A model generated the notes under the pieces. It did no database searches. It was not told the origin of the DNA and saw nothing but the letters and a program-made list of their open reading frames with translations. DNA of 64,000 nucleotides from an uncultured Marinobacter sp. Its GTDB lineage: Bacteria > Pseudomonadota > Gammaproteobacteria > Pseudomonadales > Oleiphilaceae. A program made the position numbers and the translations under genes. This document shows, piece after piece, positions 12,798-22,947 of the stretch. Numbering within the stretch: the stretch's first letter is position 1; the number at the start of each line of letters is the position of its first letter. Location of the stretch: positions 22,947-86,946 of the forward strand of contig CAZFQI010000002.1 in NCBI GenBank assembly GCA_964520755.1, in the 5' to 3' direction.

Positions 12798-14498
12798 TCA
12801 GGGACTGTTTCGGATATCAACGTAGAGTACCAGACTTTGCCCGGGTTGCAGATAACGGGCGGTATTCAGGTCGTTCCAGCTTGCGATGTCCCGCACATTC
12901 ACGGAAAACCGGCTGGCAATCCGGGCCAGGGAGTCGCCTTTACGCACACGGTAGCCAACCTTTCGGACCATCGCTTCTCCGCGACCGCTGTTGGCGGCCA
13001 CTACGGTGGGTTGACTGGTTTTGGACCAGATAACCAGTTCCTTGCCGGGGATGAGGGGATCGCCGGGCGCCATGCCATTCCAGGCAGCAACTTCACGAAC
13101 CGAAACCCGGTGTTCCCGGGCGATGTCCCAGAAGGTATCACCCTTGCGAACCGTGTAGCGCACCTTGTTGCCGTTGCGTTTCCGGTCCTGCTTGCGCTCC
13201 AGCCGCTGGGAGGCGCTGAGGGCGTAGGCATCGCTGCCCTTGGAGGCGGAGGGGATCATCAGGCGCTGGCCAATTCGGATCAGGTCACTGTTCAGGTTGT
13301 TGACCTGCTGGAGTACGGACGGCGTTGTCGAGAATTTCCGGGAAATCGAATTCAGGCTGTCGCCGGATTGAACCTCATAGTTCCGCCAGGAAACTCTCTG
13401 ATCGGCGGGAATCTTTGCCAGTGCCGTGCGGAAGGTTTCAGCGTTCTGAACCGGGACCAACAACCGGTGAGGGCCGTCCGGTGAGGTTGCCCAGCGGTTG
13501 TAGGAGGGGTTGAGCAGGTAAATCTCATCAACATCCACGCCGGCCAGTTCGGCCGCCTGGGCGAGATCCAGCTGGGAGCCGGTTTCAACAACCTCGAAGT
13601 AAGGCTCGTCCTTCAGCGATGGCAATTCGATGTCGTAGGCCTCGGGATCATCAAATATCTTCGCCAGCGCGATCAGCTTGGGGACGTAGTGGCGGGTTTC
13701 CCGTGGTAGATGAAGGGACCAGAAGTCCGTCGGCTTGTTGCTGTTCCGGTTGCGGCGCATGGCGCTTGAGACCGTTCCGCCACCGCTGTTATAGGCGGCC
13801 AGGGCGAGGGTATGGTCGCCGTCAAAACGGTTGGCAAGGCGATCCAGATAGGTCAGGGCGGCGTCGGTGGCGGCAATAACATCCCGACGCTCGTCGTGCC
13901 ACCAGCTCTGGGTGAGGCCGAAATACTTTCCGGTGGACGGAATGAATTGCCAGAGCCCCGCGGCCCGGCCATGGGAATAGGCGAAAGGATCAAACGCGCT
14001 TTCCACAATGGGCAGCAGCGCATATTCGGCGGGCAGGCCGCGCTTTTCGGTCTCGTTAACAATGTAATGCAGGTAACGGCTGCCCCGTTCAACCACCCGG
14101 TCGATGTAGTTCGGGTGGCGGGCATACCAGTTTAGCTGGTCCCGCACGCGCTCGTTGTCGATGTCATGGTCCAGCACAAATCCCGACCGGAGTCTGGTCC
14201 AGAGATCCTGCTCAACCACCTCTTCTTCTGCGTCTTTCTGGACCGGATTGTCGAGCTTCTCCCGGGCGTCCCTGGCGGCCACCTTCAGTTCCGGTGCAAT
14301 GGCCTCATCCAGCGGTTCGTTACGGGCAGCATCGCCGTTTTCACCGGTCTCAACAGCCTTCTTCAGCCCCTCATCACCTGCGGCAACAGTGACTTCCTGT
14401 GTGTTCAGCGGGTTTTCATCACCCTGACTGATCAGGCTACTGCAGCCACTTGCGAGGGCTCCGGTAAAAAACAACAACGACAATCGTCCTACCGACAT
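12798..14498 (-). CDS. mltD: Membrane-bound lytic murein transglycosylase D with LysM repeats
   Basis: Lipoprotein signal (LASGC), an SLT catalytic region (ESAFDPFAYSHGRAAGLWQF) and three C-terminal LysM-like repeats (YEVQSGDSLNSIS, YTVRKGDTFWDIA, YRVRKGDSLARIA). Confidence 0.85.
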   Translation of the reverse strand: MSVGRLSLLFFTGALASGCSSLISQGDENPLNTQEVTVAAGDEGLKKAVETGENGDAARNEPLDEAIAPELKVAARDAREKLDNPVQKDAEEEVVEQDLWTRLRSGFVLDHDIDNERVRDQLNWYARHPNYIDRVVERGSRYLHYIVNETEKRGLPAEYALLPIVESAFDPFAYSHGRAAGLWQFIPSTGKYFGLTQSWWHDERRDVIAATDAALTYLDRLANRFDGDHTLALAAYNSGGGTVSSAMRRNRNSNKPTDFWSLHLPRETRHYVPKLIALAKIFDDPEAYDIELPSLKDEPYFEVVETGSQLDLAQAAELAGVDVDEIYLLNPSYNRWATSPDGPHRLLVPVQNAETFRTALAKIPADQRVSWRNYEVQSGDSLNSISRKFSTTPSVLQQVNNLNSDLIRIGQRLMIPSASKGSDAYALSASQRLERKQDRKRNGNKVRYTVRKGDTFWDIAREHRVSVREVAAWNGMAPGDPLIPGKELVIWSKTSQPTVVAANSGRGEAMVRKVGYRVRKGDSLARIASRFSVNVRDIASWNDLNTARYLQPGQSLVLYVDIRNSP

Positions 14499-14666
14499 AA
14501 AGACATCCGGTTACAGGTTGAAGCCGGATTCAGAGTCTGAAAAACCGGCATATTGAACAATTTACGGTCACAAAGTTGAAACGATTTTATGGGACCGCTT
14601 TTCAAAGGGTCAAGAAACCTCTCGTTACGGCTCTGAGAGGATTTGTTAAGTGCGTATCGCCGGGCG

Positions 14667-15461
14667 TCAGAAGTTGTCCTTGCCGTGGCGAACTGCCGCA
14701 AAAATGGCGTCATCGGAATCTGCCGGCAACCCATGAGTGGCGCAGTAGGTGCGGGCAGAGTCCACCACGGCCGGGTCATCCCAGCGCAGGAACGGATTCA
14801 GCCGCTTCTCATCTTCGAGCACCGAGGGAACGGTTGGTTTCCCGCCATCGCGGGCGTCCTGACACCGCTGCTCGAATTCCCGTAGCCCGTCATCTTCCGG
14901 CAACCAGCTACGGGCGAATCGGAGGTTCGCGAGCGTGTATTCATGGGCACAGTAAACGGAGGTTTTCCCGGGCAGGGCCCGCAGCGTCTGGAGGGATTGG
15001 CGCATCTGCTCGGGCGAGCCCTCGAAGAGGCGGCCGCAACCACAGACAAAGAGAGTATCGCCACAGAACAGGACCGGCCGGCCTTCAACCTCGACATCGG
15101 TGAAATAGGCAATATGGTCGAGGGTATGGCCTGGCACGCCCAGAACCTGGAAAGTTATGTCTTCCCAGATCACCTCATCGCCGGGGTGAACCAGATTGGT
15201 GCTGCCTTTGAAAGGCGACTCGGCGGGGCCGGTCACACGGCAATCCGGAAAACGAGAGACCAGCTCTTTTACACCACCGACGTGATCCGGGTGGTGATGG
15301 GTCACCAGGATGGTATCCAGGGTCAGTCCGTTCTCGGCCAGGTGGTCCAGGACCGGTTGGGCCTGCCCAGGGTCCACAATCAGCGCTTTATCGCTGGCGG
15401 GGTCGGAAAGACACCAGATATAGTTGTCACTGAACGCGGGTATGGCGGAAATGGTCAGCAT
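14667..15461 (-). CDS. gloB: Hydroxyacylglutathione hydrolase (glyoxalase II)
   Basis: The start is taken at [16 protein letters not shown]. It carries the metallo-beta-lactamase motif [10 protein letters not shown]. Confidence 0.9.
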   Translation of the reverse strand: MLTISAIPAFSDNYIWCLSDPASDKALIVDPGQAQPVLDHLAENGLTLDTILVTHHHPDHVGGVKELVSRFPDCRVTGPAESPFKGSTNLVHPGDEVIWEDITFQVLGVPGHTLDHIAYFTDVEVEGRPVLFCGDTLFVCGCGRLFEGSPEQMRQSLQTLRALPGKTSVYCAHEYTLANLRFARSWLPEDDGLREFEQRCQDARDGGKPTVPSVLEDEKRLNPFLRWDDPAVVDSARTYCATHGLPADSDDAIFAAVRHGKDNF

Positions 15462-15555
15462 AGGGGCCCCACATGTGCGTATCAAATGTGACTGATATGA
15501 TAGAGCATTAAATACAAGGCCCCAACCTCAGGTTCGGGCTTCGGGGAGTGGCGCA

Positions 15556-16353
15556 TTGGTGAGTGAATCCGACGCAGTTGATTTTTCTGCCAGGCATGAA
15601 AGCTTTGAACGCTGGTTCCAGACCCCTCTGGGCCGGTCTTTGCTGGCGGACCAGAGGCGGTTTGTGGACGCGGAACTTCAGCATCTGACCGGTGCCAGAC
15701 AGTTGCAGGTGGGGATTAGCCATCGGCTTCCACTGGCGACGGGCACGGATTTCTCCCAGAAGATCATGACAACACCCCGGTGGAATCCCCATATACCCGA
15801 CGGTGTTGCCATCTGCGATGCCGATGAGCTGGCCTTTCCCGGGGACTCCATGGATCTGGTTGTACTGCACCATACCGCAGACTTTTCACCTTATCCCCAT
15901 CAGGTGATCCGGGAGGCTGCGCGGGTACTCAGGGGAGAGGGCACCATGGCGTTGATTGGCTTCAATCCGCTCAGCCTCTGGGGTGCGCGAAAGCTGATTT
16001 CCAGAAGCAACGAGGGCCCCTGGGGCGGACGCTTCCTGCTGCGAGGGCGCATGGAAGACTGGCTGCACCTGTTGGGTTTCAATGTTGAAGCTTCCGTTAC
16101 CCGGTTTTTCAGAACGCCATTGCAACGAAGCGGTCGCAAAGCCGTCAGTCGGGTTGATGCCCGCCTTTCGGGAAACCGGTTCCTGCCAGTGGGTGCCTAT
16201 TACTGTATCCTTGCCAAAAAACGCGTCCATGCCCGGCTTCCGAGGCGGCCCGTCTGGCGCCAGAGCAAGGTCATGAGCCTGCCGGGCACCGGAACAGTGG
16301 GCGCTTCCCGTGGCTGCAGCCGTAACGGTTCGCCCGTGAACAGGTTGAAGTAA
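15556..16353 (+). CDS. Class I SAM-dependent methyltransferase (YafS-like)
   Basis: 265 aa. Its position between gloB and rnhA matches E. coli yafS and the corresponding Pseudomonas gene. It has a TTG/GTG start. Confidence 0.6.
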   Translation: MVSESDAVDFSARHESFERWFQTPLGRSLLADQRRFVDAELQHLTGARQLQVGISHRLPLATGTDFSQKIMTTPRWNPHIPDGVAICDADELAFPGDSMDLVVLHHTADFSPYPHQVIREAARVLRGEGTMALIGFNPLSLWGARKLISRSNEGPWGGRFLLRGRMEDWLHLLGFNVEASVTRFFRTPLQRSGRKAVSRVDARLSGNRFLPVGAYYCILAKKRVHARLPRRPVWRQSKVMSLPGTGTVGASRGCSRNGSPVNRLK

Positions 16354-16381
16354 CTCATCAATAACCGAACCAGGAGACCGA

Positions 16382-16825
16382 ATGGCCGGTAAGGTAACCC
16401 TTTATACTGATGGCGCCTGCAAGGGCAATCCCGGCCCCGGCGGCTGGGGCGTGGTCTTGCGCTATGGCGATAATCGCAAAACCCTGCACGGCGGCGAAGC
16501 ACAGACCACCAACAACCGGATGGAACTCATGGCGGCCATCCGGGGCCTTGAGGCCTTGAAACGCCCCTGCGAGGTGGAACTGTTCACCGATTCCCAGTAT
16601 GTCCGCAAAGGCATCACCGAATGGATGGCTGGCTGGAAGCGCAATGGCTGGAAGACATCGGCGAAGAAGCCGGTGAAGAACGAGGATCTCTGGCGTGAGC
16701 TGGATTCGGAAGTGGCCCGGCACAAGATCAACTGGCATTGGGTAAAGGGGCACTCGGGTGTTCCTGACAACGAGTTGGCGGATGAACTCGCCAATCGTGG
16801 GGTTGAAGAGCTCGCAAACGCATAA
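16382..16825 (+). CDS. rnhA: Ribonuclease HI
   Basis: 147 aa with [26 protein letters not shown] and WVKGHSG motifs. Confidence 0.95.
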   Translation: MAGKVTLYTDGACKGNPGPGGWGVVLRYGDNRKTLHGGEAQTTNNRMELMAAIRGLEALKRPCEVELFTDSQYVRKGITEWMAGWKRNGWKTSAKKPVKNEDLWRELDSEVARHKINWHWVKGHSGVPDNELADELANRGVEELANA

Positions 16826-16863
16826 ACTTTTTACGGACACACGCAGATAATCGGGTACAGGTA

Positions 16864-17574
16864 ATGAGACAGATCGTACTGGATACAGAAACCACGGGCA
16901 TCGACCCGGCCGAGGGGCATCGGATCATCGAGATCGGCTGTGTGGAACTGATGGAGCGCCAGCTTACCGGGCGGAACTATCACGTTTACATCAATCCAGA
17001 CCGGGAAGTTGAGGCCGAAGCCATCACCGTTCACGGCATCACCAACGAGTTCCTGGCCGACAAGCCGCCGTTTGCCGAGATCGCTGACGAGTTCTTCGAG
17101 TTCATCAAGGGGGCTGAACTGGTTATCCATAATGCCGCGTTCGACGTTGGCTTTATGGATTCTGAATTCGCCCGCCTGAAACCGGTGCGAAAGACCGCCG
17201 ACCACTGCGGCATTGTCGACTCCCTCGCCATCGCAAGAGCCCGACATCCGGGCCAGAAGAACAACCTGGATGCCCTGTGCAAACGCTACGGGGTGGATAA
17301 CAGCAACCGGGACCTGCACGGCGCATTGCTGGATGCGGAGATCCTGGCCGACGTCTATCTGTTGCTGACCGGCGGGCAGACAGCCCTGTCGCTGGACGCT
17401 AATGCCGAGAATGGTGGAGGCAACGGTGGAATCCGGCGGCTTCCGGAGGACCGGGAATCGCTTTCAGTCGTTCGCGCTTCCGCGGCCGAAAGCGAAGCCC
17501 ACGAGGAGTTCATGTCCATGCTCGAAAAACAGGCCGGCGAAACCGTGTGGGCCAAACTCCAGAGCGCGGAATGA
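16864..17574 (+). CDS. dnaQ: DNA polymerase III epsilon subunit (3'-5' exonuclease)
   Basis: 236 aa with Exo I/II/III motifs (VLDTETTG, HNAAFDVGF, HGALLDAEILADVY). Confidence 0.95.
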   Translation: MRQIVLDTETTGIDPAEGHRIIEIGCVELMERQLTGRNYHVYINPDREVEAEAITVHGITNEFLADKPPFAEIADEFFEFIKGAELVIHNAAFDVGFMDSEFARLKPVRKTADHCGIVDSLAIARARHPGQKNNLDALCKRYGVDNSNRDLHGALLDAEILADVYLLLTGGQTALSLDANAENGGGNGGIRRLPEDRESLSVVRASAAESEAHEEFMSMLEKQAGETVWAKLQSAE

Positions 17575-17656
17575 GAACTGGGTCGGCCTGTACCAAATGT
17601 TACATTCCGCCTTTCTTGAGGTACTTGAGTTTTATGTTATAAGTAATGATAAGTTC

Positions 17657-17680
17657 GCCAGTTTTTTGCGAACTGGCTTT
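17657..17680 (+). terminator. Weak hairpin downstream of dnaQ
   Basis: GCCAGTT-TTTTGCG-AACTGGC followed by TTT. This is a 7-bp stem only. Confidence 0.35.
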
Positions 17681-17792
17681 GGTCGGAAAAGGGGTTAACC
17701 GGCCCAGAACAAAAAGGCCTGGTCCGCTATTGCCGGTCCAGTGACCACCAAAGAGGATGCGGTAGTCTCCGCAACATTAACGGGAAGCGTTT

Positions 17793-19499
17793 ATGGTTCA
17801 GTCGTCTCTCGCGACGAAATCGCAGTCGTTTGATCTGGTCAAAAGTGAAATAGAGCAGACCATCAAGCAGGCAGAATCCAGCCTTGAACGCTTTCAGGAA
17901 AACCGCGAAAGGGGTGAGGATCTCCAGAACTGTGTTGATTTCATCAATCAGTTGCGGGGCATTTTTATCCTGGTGGAACTTCGGGGCGGAATCCTGCTCT
18001 GCCAGGAAGCGGTCACCATGGCCAACGATGTGCCGGTTGGCGCCAACGACGACAAAAACATTCTCCTCACCACCCTCAACAGCGCCCTGTTTATCCTCCG
18101 CCGCTACGTGGAGTATTACCACCAGCAACGGGAAGATCATCCCGAGCTTCTTCTGCCTGTCATCAATGAGCTTCGGGAGGCCCGGCGGGAGAAACCCTAT
18201 CCCGAATCCTGTTTTTTCGACGTTGATGTAAAGGAGCGCCCGGATTTCTGTGCCGGCTTGTCCCTTCAGGCGTTTGAGGGCAATGAGGCGGATTACGAGA
18301 TTATGGCCCGCCGCATGCGCCTGACTTTCCAGGTGGCGCTTCTCGGCATTCTGCGTGACCGAAACGACGTGGTGAACAAAAAGCTGATCGGACGCTCCGC
18401 CCGTGGTTTGGCCCGACTGTGTCAGGGAGCGGCCATGGGGCAGATGTGGTGCCTGGTCGGCATAGTGGCCGACACCATGCTTGACCGGGCGATGGTCTTT
18501 AACAAGGCCCGCAAGCGTATGTTCATGCGGATCGAAAAGTACGCCCGTGAAGTGGTGTACGTGGGTCAAGTCGCCACCGGCAAAGACGCGCCGGATTCTC
18601 TGATCCGTGACCTGGTGTATCTGCTGTACCGCAGCGGTTCCGGGAACCCTGAAGTGACCGAAGTGCTGTCTGCATACCACCTCGCGCCGGCTGATTTTCC
18701 GGATTCGATGCTCGAGGCCCATTCCCGCAGGTTGTACGGCCCCGGTAGCGATGTCCTCAAGTCACTGGCGGAAGCGCTGCAGGATGAACTGAACCAGTTG
18801 AAAGACAAACTGGACATTATTGAGCGTGGTATCGAGCCGGATCTGGCCGAACTGTCTTCCATCGCCGATGCCCTTGAGCGCCTTGCGAACACGCTCGTGA
18901 TGCTGGATCTGAACAAGCTGGCGGGTATTGCCCGGGAAGAGGCAGGCAAACTGCGAGGCTGGGAAGGAGAATCCCGACTGCCGGGCGATGATGAACTTTA
19001 CCGTCTGGCGGACTCCGTGCTCGGTATTGAAGATGCGGTGATGCAGATCGTGACCCGTGGTATTACCTCGGAAACCGATGCTCTGGCCGGCGGGGAACGG
19101 AAGCGTGAAGAGTCGGTGTATCTCCGGGAGGCGCTCTATGTGGTCGCCGATGAAGCCCGTGGAGCGCTGACTCTGGCAAAGCGTGCGATTACCGCCTTCA
19201 TTGAATCCGACTACGACAAGCTCCACCTCGCCAACCTTCCAGCAACGCTCCACAGTATCTGGGGTGGCCTGCACATGGTTAACGATCCCGCCGCCGCAGG
19301 CGTCCTGGAGCGTGTGGCTGCTTCTATTCAGGAGCGTCTGCTGGATGCCAAGGAACCTCCGGCAGCCCAGGTGCTTGAAGCCCTTGCGGATGCGTTGACC
19401 TCGCTGGAATACTACATTGAGAGTATCGGCAAGAGTGAAGATCGCAATGTCGACCTGCTGAAACTCGCTGAATCGTCGCTGGACGATGTAGGTTTGTAA
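17793..19499 (+). CDS. FimL-like Hpt-domain scaffold protein (ChpA N-terminal paralog)
   Basis: 568 aa and helical. The N-terminus (SFDLVKSEIEQTIKQAESSLERFQEN) resembles Hpt-like repeats. Its size and its position a few genes after dnaQ match fimL (PA1822) of P. aeruginosa as I recall it. Confidence 0.5.
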   Translation: MVQSSLATKSQSFDLVKSEIEQTIKQAESSLERFQENRERGEDLQNCVDFINQLRGIFILVELRGGILLCQEAVTMANDVPVGANDDKNILLTTLNSALFILRRYVEYYHQQREDHPELLLPVINELREARREKPYPESCFFDVDVKERPDFCAGLSLQAFEGNEADYEIMARRMRLTFQVALLGILRDRNDVVNKKLIGRSARGLARLCQGAAMGQMWCLVGIVADTMLDRAMVFNKARKRMFMRIEKYAREVVYVGQVATGKDAPDSLIRDLVYLLYRSGSGNPEVTEVLSAYHLAPADFPDSMLEAHSRRLYGPGSDVLKSLAEALQDELNQLKDKLDIIERGIEPDLAELSSIADALERLANTLVMLDLNKLAGIAREEAGKLRGWEGESRLPGDDELYRLADSVLGIEDAVMQIVTRGITSETDALAGGERKREESVYLREALYVVADEARGALTLAKRAITAFIESDYDKLHLANLPATLHSIWGGLHMVNDPAAAGVLERVAASIQERLLDAKEPPAAQVLEALADALTSLEYYIESIGKSEDRNVDLLKLAESSLDDVGL

Positions 19500-19502
19500 T
19501 TC

Positions 19503-20150
19503 ATGTCCCATGTGCTCGCTACCATAGTACTGGCCGCTGCAGGTGCCGTACTGGTGATAGCGGGCCTGCTGTTTTTCAGGCATCCCGGTTGGTTGCTGAC
19601 CTGGCTAAAGGGGATGGCGGTGTTTGGCGTCATTCTGGTCGGTCTCTACGTGCTTGTGATCGCAGTGAATCTCACCAGCTATCATTCCCTGGTCGGCATG
19701 CAGACCGTTGCCACGATCTCCACACAGCGACAGGCCGATCAGATCTGGCAGGTGACGCTCAACAACGACGACGGTGTCTCGACTGTGCGAACACTGCAGG
19801 GGGACCAGTGGCAGATTGACGTCAGGATTATTCGCTTCTCGGGCCCCCTTCGCTGGCTTGATATTGCATCAGGGTACCGCCTGGAGCAGCTGAGCGGTCG
19901 TTATACTTCCCTGGAACAGGAGCGTTCCTCGCCAAGAACATCCATTACGCTTTCCGAAGCAATCTGGCCTGATCTCTGGCAGTGGGACCGGGAGATCAAC
20001 CTTCCGTTTGTGGAGGCTGTGGATGGAAATGCCACCTTCATGCCCATGCGGGATGGCGCAGTGTTTGATGTAAAGCTCTCTTCCTCGGGCCTGGTCTCCG
20101 TGCCGATGAATGAGCAGGCCAGGGCGGCCGTCCAGTTCTGGAATCAGTAG
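19503..20150 (+). CDS. Hypothetical membrane protein (two N-terminal TM helices)
   Basis: 215 aa. It starts 3 nt after the stop of the FimL-like gene. No family was recognised. Confidence 0.6.
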   Translation: MSHVLATIVLAAAGAVLVIAGLLFFRHPGWLLTWLKGMAVFGVILVGLYVLVIAVNLTSYHSLVGMQTVATISTQRQADQIWQVTLNNDDGVSTVRTLQGDQWQIDVRIIRFSGPLRWLDIASGYRLEQLSGRYTSLEQERSSPRTSITLSEAIWPDLWQWDREINLPFVEAVDGNATFMPMRDGAVFDVKLSSSGLVSVPMNEQARAAVQFWNQ

Positions 20151-20163
20151 ACCCTTCGGGCAC

Positions 20164-20193
20164 AAAAAAACCTGCGTCGAAACGCAGGTTTTT
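20164..20193. terminator. Bidirectional terminator
   Basis: A7-ACCTGCGT-CGAA-ACGCAGGT-T5, lying between convergent genes. Confidence 0.8.
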
Positions 20194-20214
20194 CATGATG
20201 CTCAGCGGGGCCGA

Positions 20215-20529
20215 TCAGCCCATCTTGAACAGCTCACCCAGCTTGGTTGCCAGCATCATGTCGCCTTCAGCGCGCAGCTGACCAGCCATGAATGCCTGCA
20301 TGCCGTCGGTCTCGCCGGAAACGATGCCCTGCAGGGTTTCGGAATTCATGATCAGGGTAACGGAGGGATCGTCATGGGCGCCCTCGTGCATCTTGCAGGT
20401 GCCATCATTGATGACCAGGTGGTAGGTTTTGTCGTCTTCGATGTCGAACTGGAACACCAGGTCCAGGCCTTGCGCTGCGTCTGCGTTGAAATTCTGTTCG
20501 AGTTTTTCAAATACCTGAGCTACAGACAT
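20215..20529 (-). CDS. SCP2 sterol-binding domain protein
   Basis: 104 aa. The C-terminal GETDGMQAFMAGQLRAEGDMMLATKL segment is typical of the SCP2 fold. Confidence 0.8.
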   Translation of the reverse strand: MSVAQVFEKLEQNFNADAAQGLDLVFQFDIEDDKTYHLVINDGTCKMHEGAHDDPSVTLIMNSETLQGIVSGETDGMQAFMAGQLRAEGDMMLATKLGELFKMG

Positions 20530-20759
20530 TGTTTTACCCTTTTGATGGTTGTCTTGTCATAACACGACGGCTTGATGTCCCTGGCTGCACGAGCCTGTTC
20601 GGGTGCCCGGGTAGAGCCGACCTCGCAATCCGACTTTATGGTGAGTGGTCGGTCCTGTCAAGATCGATCGAACGCTTGTTTTAATTTTTTTGCTCTCCTT
20701 ATCACCATAAATTCGGTAAGTTACACTCTTGTCCTTGCACACTGAGTTGGAGAAGCACT

Positions 20760-21821
20760 TTGGAGTTCCTGACAGAATACGGTTTGTTTTTAGCCAAGAT
20801 CGTTACTTTCGTAGTGGCGGCCCTGGTGGTGATCTCTGTCGTCATGTCTGCCGCCCAGAAGGAACGGGGCGATCATGAGGGCGAGGGAGAGCTCAAGATC
20901 CGGAAACTGAACGAAAAATACGAGAAACTGCGCGAAGCCATTCAGGCACGGCTGATGTCTGGCCCGCAACGCAAGGCATTCCATAAGGCCCGGAAAAAAC
21001 TGGAGAAGGCCGAGAAAAAAGCGGCCAAGGCCGCGAAGGATACCGGCGAGCAGGATGACAGCCGCAGTCGCGTTTACGTCCTCGATTTTGACGGCGATAT
21101 CAAGGCCAGCGATACAGACCCGCTTCGGCGCGCCATTACTGCGGTACTGAGTGTTGCTGATCCGGAAAAAGACGAAGTTGTCATCCGTCTGGAAAGCGGC
21201 GGGGGGCTGGTCCACTCCTATGGCCTTGCAGCCGCCCAGCTGGACCGGATTCGCAGCAAGGGTGTGCCCCTCACCGCCTGTGTCGACAAGGTCGCGGCCA
21301 GTGGTGGTTATATGATGGCCTGTGTTGCGGACAAGATTGTTGCTTCGCCATTCGCCATTCTTGGCTCCATCGGGGTAGTTGCCCAGCTCCCGAATTTCCA
21401 CCGCCTTCTCAAGAAAAACGATGTGGACTTTGAAGTGCTGACCGCCGGCGAGCACAAGCGCACCATGACCATCTTCGGTGAGAACACCGACAAGGGCCGT
21501 CAGAAATTCCTGGAAGACCTTGAAGACACCCACGGTCTCTTTAAAGAGTATGTGAGCGAACGACGCCCGGATCTGGATATCACCGCAGTTGCCAATGGCG
21601 ATATCTGGTTTGGCAAGCGGGCGCTGGAGGTAAAACTGATTGATGAGATCAAAACCTCCGACGAATATCTCATTGAAGCCTGCGACCGCGCAGACGTAGT
21701 CTCAGTGGCATATCAGCGCAAACGGACCCTTCCGGAAAAGCTCGGATTGGCAACCAGTGCGGCGCTTGAACACACGGTCTGGAAAGTGCTGGGAGCCTTC
21801 CGCAACCAGAAGTTCCAGTAG
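20760..21821 (+). CDS. sohB: Protease SohB (peptidase S49)
   Basis: 353 aa with a TTG start, an N-terminal TM helix, a Lys-rich linker and the S49 core (VDKVAASGGYMMACVADKIVASPFAILGSIGVV). Confidence 0.85.
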   Translation: MEFLTEYGLFLAKIVTFVVAALVVISVVMSAAQKERGDHEGEGELKIRKLNEKYEKLREAIQARLMSGPQRKAFHKARKKLEKAEKKAAKAAKDTGEQDDSRSRVYVLDFDGDIKASDTDPLRRAITAVLSVADPEKDEVVIRLESGGGLVHSYGLAAAQLDRIRSKGVPLTACVDKVAASGGYMMACVADKIVASPFAILGSIGVVAQLPNFHRLLKKNDVDFEVLTAGEHKRTMTIFGENTDKGRQKFLEDLEDTHGLFKEYVSERRPDLDITAVANGDIWFGKRALEVKLIDEIKTSDEYLIEACDRADVVSVAYQRKRTLPEKLGLATSAALEHTVWKVLGAFRNQKFQ

Positions 21822-21841
21822 ACCACTGAAAATGGGGAGCA

Positions 21842-22843
21842 ATGATGACAACCAATACCGAATTCAAAGCCTGGCGTGTTGAAGAGCAGAACGGTGAGTA
21901 TGTTGGCGCCGAGAAAACCCTGAGCACCGGCGACCTGCCCGATGGCGAGGTCCTGATCCGGGTCAGTCACTCCTCGCTGAACTACAAGGATGCGTTGTCA
22001 GCTTCCGGCAATAAGGGTGTCACCCGTTCTTTCCCTCATACACCGGGTATCGACGCCGCCGGTGAGGTTGTCGACTCTGCAACGGGCACGCCGTCGAACG
22101 GCAGCCCCGTAATCGTGACCGGCTACGACCTGGGCATGAACACCGACGGTGGCTTTGGCGAATACATCCGCGTTCCTGCCGCCTGGTGCGTTCCCATGCC
22201 TGATGGGTGGAACGCCCGCACCGCCATGATCTATGGTACCGCAGGCCTAACCGCCGGGCTTTGTGTCCAGAAACTCCTGACCATGGGCGCCAAACCGGAA
22301 CAGGGCAAAGTCGCCGTTTCCGGCGCCTCGGGTGCCGTCGGCACCGTTGCGGTGGAGCTGCTTTCCAAGCTTGGGTTCGACGTCGTCGCCATCAGCGGCA
22401 AGGCCGACCACGCGGACGATCTCAAGGCTCTGGGCGCCAAGGAAGTAGTGGGCCGTGAAACCCTGGCGGAAGAAAAGAAACCTATGGTCAAACCTGCGTT
22501 TGCCAACGCCGTGGATACCGTGGGCGGCGGCCCGCTGGCCGAACTGCTCAAGCAGATTCAGCCTGGTGGCTCCGTCTCCTGTTGTGGTCTCGTTGCCGGT
22601 CCGGGCCTTCAGACCACCGTCCTGCCGTTTATCCTGCGAGGCGTAAATCTGCTGGGTGTGGATTCGGTAGAGATTCCGCTGGCGGAGAAAGAAGCGGTAT
22701 GGAAGAAATTTGCAGGAGAGTGGGCGTGTCCGAAGACTGAGGCGTCTGCCCGGGATGTTGGCCGTGCTGAACTGGATGGGGCGCTGAAAGCGTTCTTGAA
22801 GGGCGAATCAGCCGGCAAGATTGTTCTGGATCACTCCAAATAA
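21842..22843 (+). CDS. YhdH/AcuI-family NADPH:quinone/acrylyl-CoA reductase (MDR superfamily)
   Basis: 333 aa with SSLNYKDALSASGNKGVTRSFPHTPGIDAAGEVV and VSGASGAVGTVAVELL motifs. Confidence 0.8.
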   Translation: MMTTNTEFKAWRVEEQNGEYVGAEKTLSTGDLPDGEVLIRVSHSSLNYKDALSASGNKGVTRSFPHTPGIDAAGEVVDSATGTPSNGSPVIVTGYDLGMNTDGGFGEYIRVPAAWCVPMPDGWNARTAMIYGTAGLTAGLCVQKLLTMGAKPEQGKVAVSGASGAVGTVAVELLSKLGFDVVAISGKADHADDLKALGAKEVVGRETLAEEKKPMVKPAFANAVDTVGGGPLAELLKQIQPGGSVSCCGLVAGPGLQTTVLPFILRGVNLLGVDSVEIPLAEKEAVWKKFAGEWACPKTEASARDVGRAELDGALKAFLKGESAGKIVLDHSK

Positions 22844-22864
22844 TTCTTCCGGTTGGTGTTGCGT

Positions 22865-22896
22865 GTCGGATTACGGCTTTGCCTAATCCGACCTAC
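22865..22896. repeat. REP-type palindromic element (copy 1)
   Basis: GTCGGATTACGGCTTTGCCTAATCCGACCTAC. It has an internal 9-bp inverted repeat (GTCGGATTA/TAATCCGAC) and differs by 1 nt from the copies at 54965 and 55029. Confidence 0.8.
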
Positions 22897-22905
22897 GGTT
22901 CTGAC

Positions 22906-22933
22906 AAGAAGAGAGGGCGAGCCCTCTCTTCTT
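22906..22933. terminator. Long hairpin between the yhdH-like and DUF934 genes
   Basis: AAGAAGAGAGG-GCGAGC-CCTCTCTTCTT (11-13 bp stem), lying between convergent genes. Confidence 0.65.
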
Positions 22934-22947
22934 ACTCCCAAGCTATA

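Noticed and set aside
20557-20742. 61-aa GTG-start ORF upstream of the SCP2 gene
   Set aside because: It has no ribosome-binding site, its product is basic and low-complexity, and it lies in a divergent promoter region.
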